From Chrysomallon squamiferum (taxonomy: Eukaryota > Animalia > Mollusca): DNA of 64,000 nucleotides. The stretch spans positions 11,036,001 to 11,100,000 of the forward strand of contig CM022671.1 in NCBI GenBank assembly GCA_012295275.1, given 5' to 3'. A program made the position numbers and the translations under genes. The notes beneath the pieces were generated by a model that was not told the origin of the DNA, made no database searches, and saw only the letters and a list, made by a program, of their open reading frames with translations. Positions 1-30,400 of this stretch are shown here, in pieces; positions within the stretch are counted from its first letter, which is position 1; every line of letters begins with the position of its first letter.

Positions 1-937
1 CATGGATGAGTTTGTGTACACAAAAAACAGTCGTAAAGATCTGGACAACCGTCACGGCTTGTTTGGTGGCAAAGATTCCACTTTGGACTTACTGAGGTAA
101 GTGACATCAGCAAAGAGAAATACAGTAATAACCTAAGTTCTGTTGAAGATCTGCTAACAACATCAAGTTCAGTGATTAGTTTTTTCCTTTCATGTTCAGA
201 TTAATCATTTTTAAATTTCTGACAAGTTCTTGTTTTATTATATGTTTTAAGTGAAATATCTAATAAGGCAAGCTGGGTGATTTATGGCTATACAAATTTT
301 TTTTTTTTTAAATATTATTTTTTATATTTTGTCGATTTATCACATAAAAATCAAAATATATTTAATATTTATTACGTTTGATAGTAATAAGTATTACAAA
401 TTAAAGAACATTTACTCCTGAAGGAACTTTTAAAAAAAACATTCAATAACTTTTTAAAAGGTTCTTACAAATATTTCATTATCAGTGCAAATATTGATAA
501 TAAGATTACAAATGCTGTTGTTTATGATTTTGTTTACTAAAACCACTGGTTTGTTGTGTTGTAGGTTTGGAAGCAGCACGGGTCGCGTGGCGTGCACATC
601 GGCTCCTGTCAACCTGCTCCGCACACTCAACCACGACAGCCACACCATCGGCGGCCTGTCACTGCGCCATGGGCTGACTAGTGGACAGGGTGACGTCAAC
701 CACAACGGCCCAGTGGTGAAGGCGAGAACGGAGTTCACGTACAAGCTGGCGTCAGTGATAGCTCACATTGGAGATGAGTACTGCGGACACTTCGTGGCGT
801 ACCGGCGAGCGCCACCTGTCACGCAAGGCAAGCTGGGGGAGACGTGGCTGTACACGTCAGACGCCACCGTGCGCAGGGTGACGAGGGAGGAGGTGCTCGG
901 CTCAGAGGCTTACATGTTGTTCTATGAGAGGATCTAG
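1..937 (+). CDS. USP30: Ubiquitin-specific protease 30-like, 3' end (last two exons: <1-96 and 565-937)
   Basis: The exon ending CTGAG|GTAAGT at 96 joins in frame to TGTAG|G at 565. The translation ...MDEFVY...LLRFGSS...YKLASVIAHIGDEYCGHFVAYRRAPP...WLYTSDATVRRVTREEVLGSEAYMLFYERI* contains the USP His box. It closely resembles the remembered C-terminus of human USP30 (VVVHHGDMHSGHFVTYRRSPP...WLWVSDDTVRK...AYLLFYER). Confidence 0.88.
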
Positions 938-2863
938 TCAGTGTCTCGTCTCTTCACCTGGTGGGAATCATAACTGTCTTTGGGGTTTATTTTAAAATAA
1001 AGGTGTAGACTGTGGATGATAGATTTCTTACTGTGGGGTTTATTTTTAAATAAAACTTGTTTGTGTTGTTGGTGTATGCTGCCTGTGGAACAAAATCGTG
1101 AAAATCTTTTTACATTTAAATTTCTTCATTGTTTATATGTGCTATAAATATAATTCCTTAATTATATCTTACTGTGATTAATTTCATTAACATAGGAATA
1201 TTTGTTTGCCTCAGTTATTTAGTAAATTATGCATCCATGGACATTCACCTTCAGATTATCAGAAGTAATTTTTTTCTGTTTTCAATTTCACGTCCTGCAT
1301 TAACTGTTAATTAGGCTCTCTGTTTTCATGAAAGGAGCATTGAATTAAAATTTGTGAAAGTGTATTTATGATGTTCACGTATATGTTTGTGATCATTAGT
1401 TTTGTTTTATTTTTTATTATATGTTTCTTACAGATTTTGTTTCAGTGAAATAGAGTAGAATAGTAGTGTATATTATTGTTACAAGATTAATCATTACAAG
1501 AGAAATTATTATTGGGATAGTCTTATTTTAATTGATTATAACAAAATTAAAACATAGTATATTAGTTATTTCATTTAAATGCAGCCATAAATTTTCCAGA
1601 AATACAGGAAGTATAAGTTTAAAATGTCAGATATGTGTGTATTAATCACATGCTTTGAAACCAGTAAATATGTAATATAAAACAGTGAGATTATTTCACT
1701 GAAATTAAAGTTTTAATTTACAAGATAGCTAAAACTATTGAAACTGTTTAAATGATATTTTAAAATGCTTGTAAATAACAGTCAGTGAAAAAAGAAAGAA
1801 ACCTAAGCTTGTATATATATATATATATGTACGTATGTATTATGTGTGTATGTTTTTGTTTATTTATATATAAATATATACATTTAAAAATAATTTACAG
1901 ATAAAGAATTTTGAATAAAAATATTTATTTTCTATATTGTAAAAACAATAATAGAAACCTTCTTTCATAAAGAAAACTAGCTTCTTTATTTTATATACAT
2001 CATAAAATTTATTGTTTTAAAATCTTGGTTTTTTTTGTTGTTTTTTTGTAATTTTTGTTATTTTTTATATTAAATATGGTTACTGATGTTTGAAATTTCA
2101 CCAGATTATTTTATTTCTTTCTTTCATGTTTTACATACATAAAATGTTATTTTCCTTGTTTTACAAAAATGGCAAGAATGATTTCCCCTTAATACTAAAA
2201 TTAAATTGATATTAATTTTTTTATTTATCAGTGTTGGAGAAAATGTAGTGCAGAGTGCTGTTATTTTATATTTGTGCCTCTCAGATTCTTGATTGATTAT
2301 TTTGGTATTGTGTACTGTGAACTTGGATTATGCAATTCTGATAACCAAAGAGCTGCGTTTTTGTCAATGTTGTAAAGTTCTCAAAACAAACTTGATTAAT
2401 GTTCACAAGTATAAAAGAATTCATCTTGGTTTGAGTTACTTCTGAACATGGCTACACATAATTAGTAACTGACATTTTTTTTACCTACACCACTTTTAAT
2501 CCCAACTATAAAAAAACAAGCTGAGTTAGTGCTTTGTGTTGTTTTCTGTACATGTCATTGTTATGCATTTGAATGTAATAAATTAATTTATCTTTATATT
2601 TTATTCGTTTTGTGATTATAGAAGAGCCATCATCTGAAGGATTTGAACATTACAGGTGTCTGACATTGTGTGCACTTGATCAAAACACTAAGAATATGAA
2701 TTTATTTATTCATTTACAGTTCAGTGAAGTAACAGTTACTTTTACCACATTCGAGGACAACGTTTAATGCCAGTTATCAATTGTCAGATCATTATCTAAG
2801 CTATTTTTCATTTATTAAGTGGTGCAGAAGTTAAAACGTACAACATGTTTCGGATAGAAGAAA

Positions 2864-19721
<16,858 letters not shown>

Positions 19722-22700
19722 ATCATTAGTTATAGAATATAACGTCTTTGTTAACACAGGGTCAGAATTAGAATGTTCAAATATACTCCATTTATTTAAA
19801 ACTGTATGTAATAAATGTTTCGAATGAAAGGTTTTGAAATCAAATCCTTTCTAGAGATGAGATCTTCTTGCAACACAAACTGAAGCGGCTGTGATGTGAG
19901 CACTAAGAGTGTTGTTTTATCTGTCAATGTTTGTTGACAGTCGCGTTGTTTTTGATAAACCGATGACAGTTTGCGATATCCCGTTCTAAATCTGTCATTA
20001 TCAAGAAATCAAGCACGATGGTATCAGCAAGATACCGTTTGCCCTGAAAGTGGAGTTGACGTCGTCGTCTTAGTCAACAAGTTACTTAACCCGTTTTGCA
20101 TCGGCTGGAAGATATGAATAATTAACAGTCCAACTGTTCTGTTTGATACATAGAATTTCTTTTAAATAACAAAGGTCACGAGCTGATTTAGACTGAACAG
20201 TTTATATTTTATTCATTCTTTTAAATTTTTTTAAATTTAATTTTAATTTCTGTAGTTATGATTATACACATCAAACGTTAAAGAATTTTTAATTTTATTT
20301 AATTTTATTTATTTATTTATTTTTTTATTCGACATGGTTATCTGAAATAAAACGTGCAGCGGATCCATGATTTCAGAAACGTCGTCATTGTGGAGGTTGT
20401 AACTGAACATAAAATGAATTTCATCCTTTAAAATAAATAAACTAATTAATAACGCTGTTTATCCACAGTATTACTAAGGAAAGCATATAAATAAGATTGT
20501 AAAAACCTGATTACGTAATTCAGTACGTATATGTTGTATATATATGGTTATTAAAAATAATGTTTTACTCCAACTGTGTTAGATACTAACCGAAATGAAT
20601 GATTATGTTGTTCGACAGATCATTATTTAGTTAATTAACCTCAGTGCGTTTAGTCGCCGGCTTTTCATACATTTCTTTTTTAAGTCATCCTTTTTGCTGG
20701 TGTTTAAATTCATGGATTTGATTAAATATGACTTTTCACATTTTATTTTATATGTGGATCGTTGTAACTTGTCTTACTTCAAAATATTATTTAAAAAATA
20801 TTGTATTTTCATAACATAAAGAAAAAAGTAGTTAATTAAATTCTGATTATACAATTCTTAGAATAATTAATATTTTAATTAATAAATAAATTAATAAAAA
20901 GATGCGAAAAAGTCGCAAAACAAAACAACAACAACAATAAACAAAAAAAGGAAAAATCAAACAGAAAACATGATCAGTTTGTTTACGCACTTCAGTCAAT
21001 AATTATTATTTACAGCATTTCTCTTTCTTCTTATTTTTAATCGTTGTACAAGGACAATAAAAAAAAATTCTGTATTTAAATGAATTTATGTCTAATATGC
21101 AGAAGAAATAAGAAAAAAGAGCACTTGAAATTAGAAAAGTTTGATGACCGATATGCACTGGTAATAGTCGCTTGGTCTCCATTTTTTTGCTGTTGCGCTT
21201 AAAACATCAACTTGTCTGAAATATTATCATCACCGAGTTAAACCTCTGAATTATTTCCTTTCGATCATATAAACGTGAAATAAATCGTATAAAAAGTGCT
21301 TCCGTACTTTAAAAGTAGATCTGTACAATCGCATGATGTTAAAGAGTGCTTTAGTACGTAAAAATTAAAAGGTTTTAAGCAGGTTTATTAATTACTGATT
21401 ATAATTCTATAAAAACAAAATAAATAAATAAATAAATAAATAAATGTCTTTTTGCTGATATTATTGACTTTTTCTATTTTGTTTTAGGGCTGGACTGGTG
21501 TGACTTTACAGATTTAAGGTGTGTTAGTATGTGTAGTATTTTAAAAAATAATTCATGTTATTCGTTATCTACAGAACTTTCGGATATCGGTCGAAGAACC
21601 AGCAGTCGCTGGTCAGTACAACAGTTTTCAGGTAACAACAGCTAGATAAAACAAAAACACGAGCTCATCTGCTTGTCTGGTTTTGTTTATAAACAGTGAT
21701 AATCACTAAGTACTGAGAATTGTTTTATCAAAAATCACAGGTGTCTGAGTGTCACACTGGTGGGTGTGGTTTGCACTCGGCTCAACTTAAACGAGTTCGA
21801 ATCATTATGGTTCAATCTTTGCATTTTATATATATTTAGATAAAGAAATAGATAGTTAGATAGATAGACAGATATAGATATTAATAATTTTAAAATCCAA
21901 ACTATACACAGATTTATGGTTCTTGAAAGTTCTCGAAAGGTACAGAAAGTTCACATATATATGTATATTCTGAGTGTGTGTGTGTGTGTGTGTCTGTGTC
22001 TGTGTGTGTGTGAATAAATAATAAAAGTAATATATAAATAAATAAATATATAAAATTTGAAAAAAGAAAAACATTCAGTTTGTTGGTATATACACGTTTG
22101 TACACGATCGTGGCCTGAATACTGGAAGTAGAACGAAAAACGGAATTAAAACAACAAGAGATACATTATAAAGTCATCTAAGTAAATATTCAAAAATTCT
22201 TTTTCTCTCTCTCAGTCGTCAACCTTCGAGTTTATTCAGTGCTTGTCGTGTGACTGTCAGTTAACACAGACAACTTTGTATTAGTGGTTTAATTAGCTTG
22301 CTGACACGTGCAGATTGTTCCGTGTAAACAAATTTATTTTAAATATACGATTTGTCTTATGGGTCAAGAATTTAAGAATCTGCATGATTCTGTTCAGTAT
22401 AGCATTCTATGATATTTCCTCTTTCATTTTATTTTATGCAGTCTGATGCGTGTGAATGTGCGTATATGTGTGTTGTGCATGTGAGAGTACGCGTGTATTT
22501 CTTGAAATTCACGAACTTTGCACGTGTTAGAATGAGTTTGTTTTTCTTTATGAAGAGTCTTAGTTGATCAGGTGACTTGAAAACCAGTTTGTGATAAATC
22601 TTAAAATAACGGATCAATAAAGTGTGCAAACGTACGAATTACCTTTCAGATTGTATTACTAATAATAAATAATATACTGAATATGAAGCTGTGTATTATT

Positions 22701-23229
22701 AGATTTTACTTTAACAAATCCGATTATTCAGACAGTGAATGTTATATGCGTGTATATGTGTGTGTGTGCGCGCGCGTGTGTGTGCATGTTTACAAAATTC
22801 CACATTAAGATTGTATTTACAAGAAATATTGAAATTAAAATAAATTATAATTAACTGTTGATATTTAAAACGTCTTGTCAGCTATTGCTTGTCAGAGTCA
22901 GATGACCGAGTTGTGTGACTGTGACACGAGTGCTGTCAGTTAGATGTGTGTAGTGCATCACGCTGCGTCAGTCTTCTCTAGGCTACTTGAGAGAGAGAAT
23001 TCTTGAGACGTGCAAACGAATGTAATCACCTTTCAAATCTATTTCCTTCTTTATAAAACTCCACTATTTCCCTCTGGCTCTTTAACAAAAGCCACCAGAT
23101 CAAATTAATTGAATGCAGAATCAATCATATGTCATGCACAGGGCAGTTGAAAAGGATTTCAATTATTTTTAAGTTTCCTGAATTGCTAAGCAGACATAAA
23201 ACATAGTGATTAACTTGCTGTTCTTGTGT

Positions 23230-23283
23230 TATATAAAGAGGCGAGCAATGTATGATAGTTGGAATACTTCTGCTGCGGGCTTG
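23230..23283 (+). promoter_or_regulatory. Probable TATA box and short non-coding first exon of the sulfotransferase gene
   Basis: TATATAAAGA at 23230-23239, an Inr-like ATAGTT ~25-30 nt downstream, and a strong donor TTG|GTAAGT at 23284. The next acceptor, CTCTGAAG|G at 23705, precedes the ATG at 23737. Confidence 0.6.
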
Positions 23284-23736
23284 GTAAGTTAAATTTTATG
23301 TTTACACTTCTTTGATGTATTGGGATGGTTTCCTTTCTAGAAACTTCGTGTAAAAAGAGATGTGTGTGTGTGTGTGTGTGCGTGTGTGTGTGTGTTTTAT
23401 TTACTGTAAAATTAAAGATACTTTCTTTATTTATTAAATTGTGTACTTGAAAACGACATATGGGTCTTTATTTAAAGCTGTATGCATATAGTTATTTTGC
23501 TTGATGGTTAATCCAACGTTGTCAAATTTGTACAATTGTCCAGAATAAAATAGGCAATGGAAAATTCCAGTGATGTCACCTACCCTTGTCGCACTAACTC
23601 CTACCTATTTTATCCGTGGAGATTAATTTTCAAATAAGATTATGACCTTTACGTCGCGGATTACTGCAATGTACAATATCGGGATTAAAATGATTTCTCT
23701 GAAGGTGTAAGCGGACTGGTGTGTAAACGCACTGAC

Positions 23737-23918
23737 ATGTCCGTGGTGAAACTACCAGACGCTGGCGGTGACACACTGAAGCTGTTTGAAATTGAAGGGA
23801 AATATTACCCAGCATTTCCTGAAGAAGCTCTTCGAGGAGTGAAAACTTTCAAAATAAGACCAGATGACGTCATAGTCTGCGCATATCCTAAATCGGGTAA
23901 ATAATAATAATAATAATA

Positions 23919-23958
<40 letters not shown>

Positions 23959-24931
23959 TTTATGTATATGTATTATGTGATTATGTAGTTATATGCTTTA
24001 TATAAATGTAATATGCATATGTGTTTGTCTGTAAGTATGTATGTATGTATGTATGTTTTAAAAATATCAAATTAAGTAAGATAAAGTACGAATAAATATT
24101 AATATTACTGAACACAAATCGTCTTCTAAATATTAACCATCCTGAAGTAGAATTTTATTTCCTTGTTAATTGTAGAACTGTTTTAAGGCGTCATTCCAAC
24201 TGTTGCTACTGCTGTTGTTACTACTACCAAGTCTACTACTCCCGCTACTGTTTTTATGTTACAGCTACAACATTTTTCTTCGCCATTTTGTGATTTTATA
24301 ATAATTAATGATTTATTCGCTCAGGCACTCACTGGATTTGGGAAATCGTTCGCTGTCTGTTGGCAGGGGACACGAATCTTGACATTGTTGAAAAGGACGA
24401 CGGATTTATTGAGTTGTTTCCTTGTGATGTGTTCGAAGCTTTGGAATCGCCTCGAACACTCAACACACATTATTGGTTCGACGAACTTCCAACACAGGTG
24501 TTTGAAAAAAAGCCAAAGATCGTTTTTCTTCTGAGAAACCCGAAAGACGTTGCCGTGTCGTATTTTCACCACCACAGAGGTCACCCGATGTACTACGAGT
24601 ACCACGGAAAGTGGCACAATTACTTTCCTCTTCTTCTTAGTGGTAAAGGTAAACTTGAAAAATTCAACATAATTAAAAAAAAAATGAATTAATACACATC
24701 TTGAAAATGTTCGCATCGTTAAAAACAAAGAATTAATAGAGGTTCATACCTGAAAAATGTCAACATCATTAAACACAACATGAATTAATAGTAATTTTTT
24801 CAAACCTTAGCATATTTTAATTGAAAAAGTTTTTTGATGTCAGATGGTTCTTCTGTAGTGACAACGAAAGAGGTTATCTACTGACGTCACTGACATGGGC
24901 ATTGTTAGGGATTTTTTTGTTATTTATATAT

Positions 24932-25012
<81 letters not shown>

Positions 25013-25469
25013 ATCTGCCTACGAAGACTAAATGAACACTATGTTGATGCTAATCTCTACATAATTTAATGTTTTCAGTGGATTATAATTCGTGGTTTGA
25101 CTATGTGTTGCAGTGGGAGAAAGGTATACAGTCTCATCCTGAATTACCCATCAAAATTATGTTTTATGAAGATTTTAAAGAGGTAACACACAGAATAGTT
25201 TTAATGGAGAAATAAAAACACATTTGTAACACTCAGGTTGTCGCAAACGTACATTATGGGCTGACATATTACTTCTTTATTGCTCTTTTTTTTTCGGAAA
25301 CATTAAAAGAAATTTTATGAGCTCTTCAGGTTAAGACATCAGAAAAAAATAAAAACATAAATAAATAAAGAAAAATAATCCGGATATTTGGAAACTTTAA
25401 TTTATTGTTGTTATACTTCGTTATGAAGATTCCATAGAAGACGACAACAAATTTATTTTTTATTCTTAC

Positions 25470-25504
<35 letters not shown>

Positions 25505-26389
25505 AATAAATAAATAAATAAAATGTTTCTCACTAAAAACACGTACACTATAACAGAAATGTTATTACGTTGGTTTAGAACGCTCTAAGGGAAGTGAGAA
25601 CGCTCGCGAGGTTTCTGGAAACGGACTGTGATGACTCGTTTATCAGTCGAGTATGCGAGGCGTGCGACTTTCACACAATGAAGAAGGTCAAAGGTCATTT
25701 TGAGGTGGACGACGAAGGAAATCCTGTTATGTACAGGAAAGGTAAAATCTGTCGAATTAACTTTCCATTATTTCTTTTTAATATTATTTTCTTCGTTTCT
25801 ACGTTTTTATGTCAGCCTCTTTAGCAGAAGTTTTATTATCATATTGTCATAAATAAAAAAATGTAATAAAAAGTTATACTACTAAAGCGAGAAAGTGAGA
25901 ATGATGTAAAAATCAGGCATACACATTATTAAAACAGTTAAAATATTTTAAAACGTCTTAGAACAAAATTATTAGAAATGAATACATTACTAATGAATAT
26001 TTTACCTATAATTTATGAAAGTGAATATTAAACATAGCTTGCTAGTTTTTTGAATCTTTTTGTGTGGGTGGTGTTTGTTACAATAGGATAACACAATCTC
26101 TGCTAACAAGGGGCTGACCTCAAAACGTAGACGAATATTGATCATATTTTGTACCTCACGTAATGTAAGGTGTGATAAATATTTGCTGTCGGATAATCGT
26201 ATTCATACAAAACTGATACGTAATAACTGTCAATATTAATAAAATTATACTGAGGTGTGTTTAAACATTCATCTAGGCACAGTCGGGGACTGGAAGAACT
26301 GGTTTACAGTGTCACAGAATGAGAAGTTTGATGACGTCTACGAAAAGAAAATGAAAAATTCAAATTTTAGATTTCGTTTTTCATTGTGA
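23737..26389 (+). CDS. Cytosolic sulfotransferase (SULT1-like), 287 aa, 5 coding exons
   Basis: Exons 23737-23896, 24325-24648, 25079-25182, 25579-25741, 26277-26389 (864 nt, phases consistent). Motifs: 5'-PSB loop YPKSGTHW, catalytic His (LNTHY), 3'-PB RNPKDVAVSYFH, YEDFK, and C-terminal RKGTVGDWKNWFT. Confidence 0.95.
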
Positions 26390-27486
26390 AGAAAACTTAG
26401 ACACTGTGAAAGACAGTGACTGTAATTACATAACAAGAAAAACATGCATTCGATGTTTCAGCTTTTAGTCATTACAACCAATTAGTCGAAAAACTGTTTT
26501 TAATTTTCACTGTAAAAAGAACAAAAACCAATATTTGTTCAGTTGACATAAATCAATTAAAGAATATAAAGAAAATCAATTTGTATTTTACTGTTTGTTA
26601 ACAACAATAACTGGCAATGATAATGAAGTATAATATGCACAGATGTCTCTGAACAGTTACTCAACAAACAGCTGAAGCCCGACTTGATCAGCCAAAGAAA
26701 TTCAGTCAAACGTATCAGCATTACAGAAATGGAAGGTTTTATGGTTTATGAGTTAGGAATGAGACCCAGGACACATTATCTACACCACCAGGCAGCACTG
26801 TTTGTATTTGTACTTGATTCTGAAACGACTCTTACTTTACTATCACAGTTAGAACCAAAGAAGTGAGCTTCACATCCCAGAGTCACAAAAAGTGATCATT
26901 GCGTTTCATACACTTTCAACTTATCATGATGTTGATATAATCTATTGACTGCAGAGAGGAGAACTGATCCTGAAACCTATCACTTAGAGAGGCACACATC
27001 AAACAACCAAAACATTACACTGTAATAAGTATTTTATTCCCCTCTTATTTACACATATACAATAAAATTTAAATTTAAAAAAATCAAAAAATAAACAGAA
27101 AAAAAACCTTTAACAAAAGTATGAATAAAATCCACAAACACAAGATATTTATTTGCTTCATATCAGCAAATAATGTTTTGAACCTGTAAATACTGAATAA
27201 AAACGTTCAGAATTGACATTAAAGATTTATGATTTAATTATCTACCAATATTTTATTATTGCTGAAAAATATAGGTCAGTATTTTAACTCATTACATTTA
27301 CAGAAATAATTAAGTTCTGAGTACTTTCAGCTCTTTGTAACTGACCTCCTTACAATACATAATAATTTCTTACCTCTGTAACACAACTTTAAATAACTTA
27401 TATAACTTCTTTGATACCTAAAACATAACTGTTTTAACATAAACAAACCATGGAGTGCAGCAATGTTTGTATAAAAAGTAACACAG

Positions 27487-30400
27487 CTAGTGAGTCTGCT
27501 GCAGTCCTTTCTGTAGAAGTTCCACCATGATTGGATACACTGGAGCATATTGTTTTCCCTGTCTCTGACGAACCAGTTTGTTGTATGCCTCAAGAGTGCC
27601 CCTGAAATAATATTTGATTAATATAATAAACCTACATAATATTTGTGTATAATTTTAAAGTGTAAGTTCTCTATTTGTAAGACTAATAACTACATCAAAT
27701 CGTTTGCAAAATGTAAGATATTGAAATAAATGCATTATACTTATGTGACTATATACAAAAAAACAACAACTTTATTCCATGCATACTTGAAAGTTACACA
27801 TCCACACAATGTTTTACTCTCACTTGCTCATACACTGATACTTTCAATAAGATGTTTGATGTAAACTCGTACTTGATAAAACAAAGTCTGTCATTTTCTA
27901 AAGGGTGATCATCAAGCCACTGTGAGTATCTGCTCACTGACCAGTCCGAGGCCTGCAATAAAACATTTCATTCTGAATGAATCCTTAGAAACTTGCTGCA
28001 CTGTAAAACTTTATTATTGGAAAAGGCTAGCAATTAGTGCTATAATACTTTATTATTTTCAGAAGTTAGTGTTCTTGTCTATAATACACTGTAATTTATT
28101 ATTTGTAAATACTTGAGTTCAGGACTATCATACACTGTACATTGCAATTTTTATTATTAACAAAGCCTAAAGTTTAAATACTATAATACACTGTAATATT
28201 TTATTATTACCAAATACAATAATGACATTAAGTAAACAATCAGATAATAATCATGTAAATATATTTAGGTTATTTATACTATGAAACAGATGGATATTCA
28301 CAATCTGTCACAGAGTTTACAAACATCACTGAAATGCTGGGAAATGTTAATATATTCAACAAAAGGCTGCAACCAACCTGATGTGGAGATTTGAGATCGG
28401 ATGGAGCTCTAGCAAACAGAAAGTGAATGATGATGCTGTACGGAATTATCTCCCCTACAGCTTGGCTCTGCGATATGTGTTCATTAGTTTGAAATAACAA
28501 AGGTCTGAAATGCACAAAAGATTTTGTTAGTCTGAATTGTAACATAAAATAGTTTCTGACATAAACAGTAATAATTGATCATATTTAGCAATTATTTAAA
28601 AAATATTTTTATCATGATGTGAAATCATTATTTAAACAGATGCTAATGATAACAAATTCTACTAGTCTGAGTGAAAATGAGTGAAATTCATGGTAACACT
28701 TATAGGTAACCAAGTTTTTATTTAATCAAATTTACTATGGAAATTTTTCATTTTTTTTTTACACATACCTGAATGATCGCAGTAATTTGTAGGATTTGCC
28801 GAGATCTGAAACACGTCTGCAGAATGGGGATATTGCCAGTTCCATCTGGGCAAAATCTGCTGCAAGTCGAAGCTTGCCCCCCTCCCCCAGCGGCCTGATT
28901 AGAGTCGCGTGTCGAATAAACAGCTCAACACAGCGACAGGCAATTGACTGGATGCTGAAAAAAACAAATTAGTGTTAAAACGAGTCACAAGGAACCAAGC
29001 AGTTAATACTATAGGCTGGTCCACAAAAACTGGTGCAATTTTAAAGATTTATTTTCAGAGAAATTAATATTTTGTTACCATTTTCAAGTGAATGGTAGAG
29101 TGTAGCTGTAAGTTTTATCTGATGGCAAGATGGATGCAGAAGAGTTTTCAGTCCAGGAGCAGACCAAAACTGTTGAACTGTACTTTGCTACAAAATCACC
29201 TGTTCTCGTTCAGAGGCAATTTCAGCGTGAATTGCCAGGGAGGAAAATTCCACATCGCAATACTATCAGAAGACTCGTAGAGAAGTTTAGAGACACTGGT
29301 AGTGTGGGTAACAACAACAAGGGCCACAGAGGTCCACATTTGACTGCCAGGACACCGGCTCATGTTCAGGACGTTAGGACTCATTTGGAAGAAGTGGGGA
29401 TTTAACGGAGTTCTGTGATAAGAATTATTCATGGTGACTTGAAACTGTTTCCCTACAAAGTGCAGATTCTTCATGCTCAAAGCCAGGCCAACAAGAATGA
29501 ACACTATGAATTTTGCTAGACAATTAGTGAACAGATTGAGGACAATCCTGGCCTTTTGGACGTCCTTCTCTTCAGTGATGAGGCACATTTTCACTTGAGT
29601 GGGTGAAACATGAGGGTCTGGGCCAGAGCACAGCCTCGTAAACATGTGCAAACACCCTGAGTGTAGAAAAACCCACTGTATGGTGTGCAGTAGGAAAGAC
29701 AGGCATCTGTGGTCCATACTTTTTTGAAGACGACAACGGTGTTCTGGTGACAGTTAACACTGACCAGTACACTGACGTGCTGTGGAGATGCTTCATTCCA
29801 GCCTTACGAAGGAGGGCAGTTGATATGAACATAGTTGTTTTTAAACAGGATGGTGCACTGCCTCATGTTCCAACCACACTCTGAGACAGTACTTCCCAGA
29901 GCACAGGTTAATTTTGAGGAGGACAGACAACCCATGGCCCCCATATTCCCCTGATGTCAACCCCCCAGACTACTTCCTCTGGGGTTACTTGAAAGAGAGA
30001 CTAAAGGAAAACATCAGGCGAGAAATTAGGAGAATTCCAAGAGATATGTTGGAGAGAATTGTCAACTTTAATGTGGCAGCCGTGATTCAGCGGTGTGGGG
30101 CTTGGATTGAACATCTTATTAATTACTAGAAAATACAAGGAAAAAACTGGACATTTTGAAAATGGTTCTTGCTGCTAAAACTAGTGGTATCCTACCCCTG
30201 ACAGAAAAATCTTGGAAAAACTGCAACATTTGTAGAAATTATGGCAAATTAAAACTGCACCACTTTTGTAGACCACTCTGCAGATCGGAGGGTTTTTTTA
30301 TCTGTACTGCATAAAAACCCAGAAAATATAATGTATCCACACAACTACCACTGGATCAGTGTTACAACAAAATGAGCTTCAGCTGTAATGATTCTTATCA

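Noticed and set aside
29196-29832. 173-aa and 86-aa minus-strand ORFs in a COG5 intron
   Set aside because: They are antisense shadows of the decayed transposase on the + strand.
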